From contig LSRY02000047.1 of the NCBI GenBank assembly GCA_001643675.2, positions 682,001-746,000 on the forward strand: a stretch of DNA of 64,000 nucleotides. The letters are read 5' to 3'. Both the position numbers and the translations under genes were made by a program. This stretch comes from Monocercomonoides exilis PA203. Its lineage: Eukaryota > Protista > Preaxostyla. This document shows positions 62,366-64,000 of this stretch, piece by piece. Within the stretch, counting starts at the first letter, position 1. Every line of letters starts with the position of its first letter. The notes under the pieces are model-generated. The model was not told the origin of the DNA. It was given only the letters and a program-made list of their open reading frames with translations, and ran no database searches.

Positions 62366-64000
62366 ATGTCATCAGGAAGAAGACGCTTTGAACCCGAAGA
62401 AGATACAATTTTTACGCAAAATGAGCAAGTTTTACTTTGCTTTGTTACAAATAATCGTGATTTATAAACATTTTTTCAGGAATGGTTAAACACAAGTTTG
62501 AAAACTATTTCGGACAACCACCGTGCAATGCTTCGTTCAATGGACATGGGAAATGTCAACGATGCATTCAAATTCGCAGCGTTAATTTGTGATGAGCTTA
62601 GAACATCTCTTTTGACCCCTCAAAAATATTATGCACTTTGTGTGCAACAAACTTATTTTTTAAATTATGTATCAACATCAAATTTTTTCATGAACTTTCA
62701 AATTTCATAACCTTCTCTTGATTATGTTCGCTTATCATCATGAAAAGACATGGATGTATTCAACAGGTTAAGAGACTTTGAAGTATTCGTTGGAGAGCAA
62801 AACAAAAAAGGAACACCAATGATTGAACTTTACGAAAGAGCACAGTACACCACAAATATTCTGTCGAGGTTGTATCTTTTGATATGTGTTGGATCGGTGT
62901 ACATTCGTTCAGGAGAAGCTCCAGCAAAAGGAGTTTTGAAGGATCTTGTCGAAATGTCAAAAGGAGTTCAACATCCAATGCGAGGGCTTTTCCTTCGAAG
63001 TTATTTGTCACAAATGACGAAGGACAAATTACCCGATGGCACTTCGTCAAATCCGACAAACGGAGTTTTGACTGATTCTCTTGAATTCGTCCTTGCTAAT
63101 TTTGTGGAGATGAACAAATTGTGGGTCCGCATGCAATATCTTGGCACGTCTCGAGATCGAGAGAGAAGAGAGAAAGAAAGGCAAGAGTTGAGAACATTGA
63201 TTGGTACTAATCTGGTGAATGTGTCAAATTTGGATGGTGTTGATGAACGGCTTTATGAATCTGTGATCCTTCCTGCGATTTTGGAGCAAGTTGTGAATTG
63301 TCACGATGCTGTTGCACAATACTATTTAATGGAAATTATCATTCAGATTTTCCCGTGTGAATTTCATTTGATTTCGTTGGAGAAATATCTTTCTTGCTTT
63401 GGGAAGATGGAAGATTCTGTTGATGTGGAGGATCTGATCTTGCGGTTGATTGAGAGATTGACCAAGTTTTGTGTGGACAACCCGCAAAAAGTGAGCAAAG
63501 ACGCTACGTCGTCTCTGTTTGATATCCTTTCCACATCTGTCAACGATGTGCTAAAAACGAGGCGCGAAATTGTCAAGACTGCAGGAAAGCTGCGCCTGTA
63601 TGACGCTCTGCTGCATCTGGTGATTGCGGTGTATCCGTCGAGCTCGCTCAGCGACTACATCGACAGAGTCTACCAGAAATGCCTCATTGCGCTCGAAGGC
63701 GTGCCCCAGGCCTCGATCTCGGCCTCAGGCGAGGTGAAAGTGCTGAACCAGCTAATCACTGCACCTCTGCAGCACGCAATCCAGAAAGCACAGCAGGCTG
63801 CTGCGGCGATGCTTCCGGGTGCCGGTGGTGCGTCTGGTTCGTCGCCTTCTCCGTCTCCTGATGGCGAAGACGGAGCCAGCGCTTTCTTCTCAACGAAGGA
63901 CATGCTTCGTTTACCTCATGTGGGTGACATGATTGCTTTGTTGGCACCACAACCGAGAAAAGAGATGGCGATGATTATTATGAACGCAATGAACAAATGT
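62366..64000 (+). CDS. VPS35: Retromer subunit Vps35 (5' part, runs off the window)
   Basis: ELRTSLLTPQKYYAL|YM; ELYERAQY..ILSRLYLL; KGVQHPMRGLFLRSYL; NFVEMNKLWVRMQ. Confidence 0.96.

Overview
AT-rich, intron-dense eukaryotic genomic DNA read with the standard code (short GT-AG and some GC-AG introns). Gene content and style point to a metamonad protist, most likely an oxymonad such as Monocercomonoides (inference). About 20 housekeeping genes are recognisable: proteasome beta1 and Rpn11, Sen2-like tRNA endonuclease, archaeal-type ProRS, roadblock/LC7, RPL15, ArfGAP, PKA-R, glucosidase II alpha, V-ATPase F, AMPK-gamma, NEK, DPH6, CapZ alpha and beta side by side, importin beta and Vps35. There are also several orphan genes and pseudogenes. 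A transposon island at about 16.8-23.2 kb holds a complete 5.3-kb hAT element (TIRs, 8-bp TSD, decayed transposase). It carries two nested MITEs and a fragment of a lineage-specific multigene family. Across the window, MITEs show three TSD signatures (TA, 4-bp, 8-bp). All exon structures were assembled by eye, so spliced gene boundaries are approximate. No prokaryote-type novel system was found. The most notable leads are the CapZ beta-alpha tandem pair, the cargo-carrying hAT, and the archaeal-type ProRS.
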